Origin: Heteronotia binoei
Taxonomy: Eukaryota
Length of the DNA: 64,000 bases
Assembly (NCBI RefSeq): GCF_032191835.1
Contig: NC_083243.1
Location: 37,882,001-37,946,000 of the forward strand
Direction of reading: 5' to 3'
In this document: in pieces, positions 63,346 through 64,000 of the stretch
Numbering within the stretch: position 1 is the stretch's first letter
Layout of the letters: each line of letters begins with the position of its first letter
Translations under genes and position numbers: made by a program
Notes under the pieces: model-generated
What the model was told of the DNA's origin: nothing
Database searches by the model: none
Seen by the model: only the letters and a program-made list of their open reading frames with translations

Positions 63346-64000
63346 TTTTTTTTTTCAATTTCAAATTTTTATTAAAACAATAACATATACATCGTTTAAT
63401 AAACATCAACTATAACACTAACAAACATAGAATCTATCCATGAGCCATCATATTACAGAACATGTCAAGCAGAGTATAATTCTAATATAAAGCAAAATTC
63501 AAGTACTTGTCCGGTAATTTACACAGTATATTTTGTTCAGATTGTACATAATTAAAAAAATGGATCAATTTTTCCACAAACAAGTTTTTTACCTGACCTG
63601 TATCAGATGTTTCAGAAATTCTTATGGTAGTAGCCAGTTTATCCATCACTACTAGGTCCCAAATTTTTAAAAACCAAGCACGTTTAGCAGGTAATATAGA
63701 AGCCTTCCAGTGTTGGGCTATTATTAATTTTGCTGCTAAGATAAGTAATGCAGCCAATTCACTCTTATGACTAGGCACTTCTATGTTTTTCCAAAGGTTG
63801 AGTAATATGGAGTCTGGAGTAAAGGGAACTTTATGAGCACCCCTGGTCTATATCCAAGAAGAAAAAGGCTTCCATGGTTTCCTTCTTGGTTTGGGAATGA
63901 CATGTGCAGACTTGATTTGAACATGCATCTAACACATCTCCATTGCTGATCCACATCTGGATGTGAAGCAGTACATGCTCCTTAGAGGGTGGATGGTGAT
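63346..64000 (-). mobile_element. L1-clade LINE 3' end
   Basis: Poly-T tail at 63346; ORF 63482-63778 AAKLIIAQHWK...W..IWDLVVMDKL resembles an L1 ORF2 C-terminus. Confidence 0.7.

Overview
Vertebrate genomic DNA, most likely from a gecko or other squamate, inferred from Sauria-type and Squam3-type SINEs and lizard-type CR1/L2 elements. Two genes lie tail to tail, the arrangement known for the human locus. On the + strand are the last six coding exons of ITPK1 (inositol-tetrakisphosphate 1-kinase, 8721-22337). On the - strand are six coding exons of CHGA (chromogranin A, mammalian exons 3-8, 52614-31648); CHGA exons 1-2 were not found in the window. All 12 exons have AG/GT boundaries and join in frame. 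The introns are packed with TEs: CR1, L2 and L1 fragments, tRNA-, 5S- and Sauria-type SINEs, hAT, Tc2-like and Harbinger-like MITEs (many with 8-bp TSDs), three solo LTRs with perfect 5-bp TSDs, and Penelope-like remnants. There is one 149-N gap. The most notable observations are: (i) a very young Penelope-like insertion in an ITPK1 intron with a 103-bp near-perfect inverted repeat that carries a minimal hammerhead-ribozyme motif on each strand; (ii) a hAT MITE that closely resembles primate MER1/Charlie3, a candidate horizontal transfer; (iii) an about 7.6-kb stretch behind the ITPK1 stop with no recognisable TE, a candidate long 3'UTR; (iv) lineage-specific features of CHGA-derived peptides. 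No CRISPR array, rRNA gene or intact tRNA gene was found. Repeat family names are assigned from memory of consensus sequences and need database confirmation.
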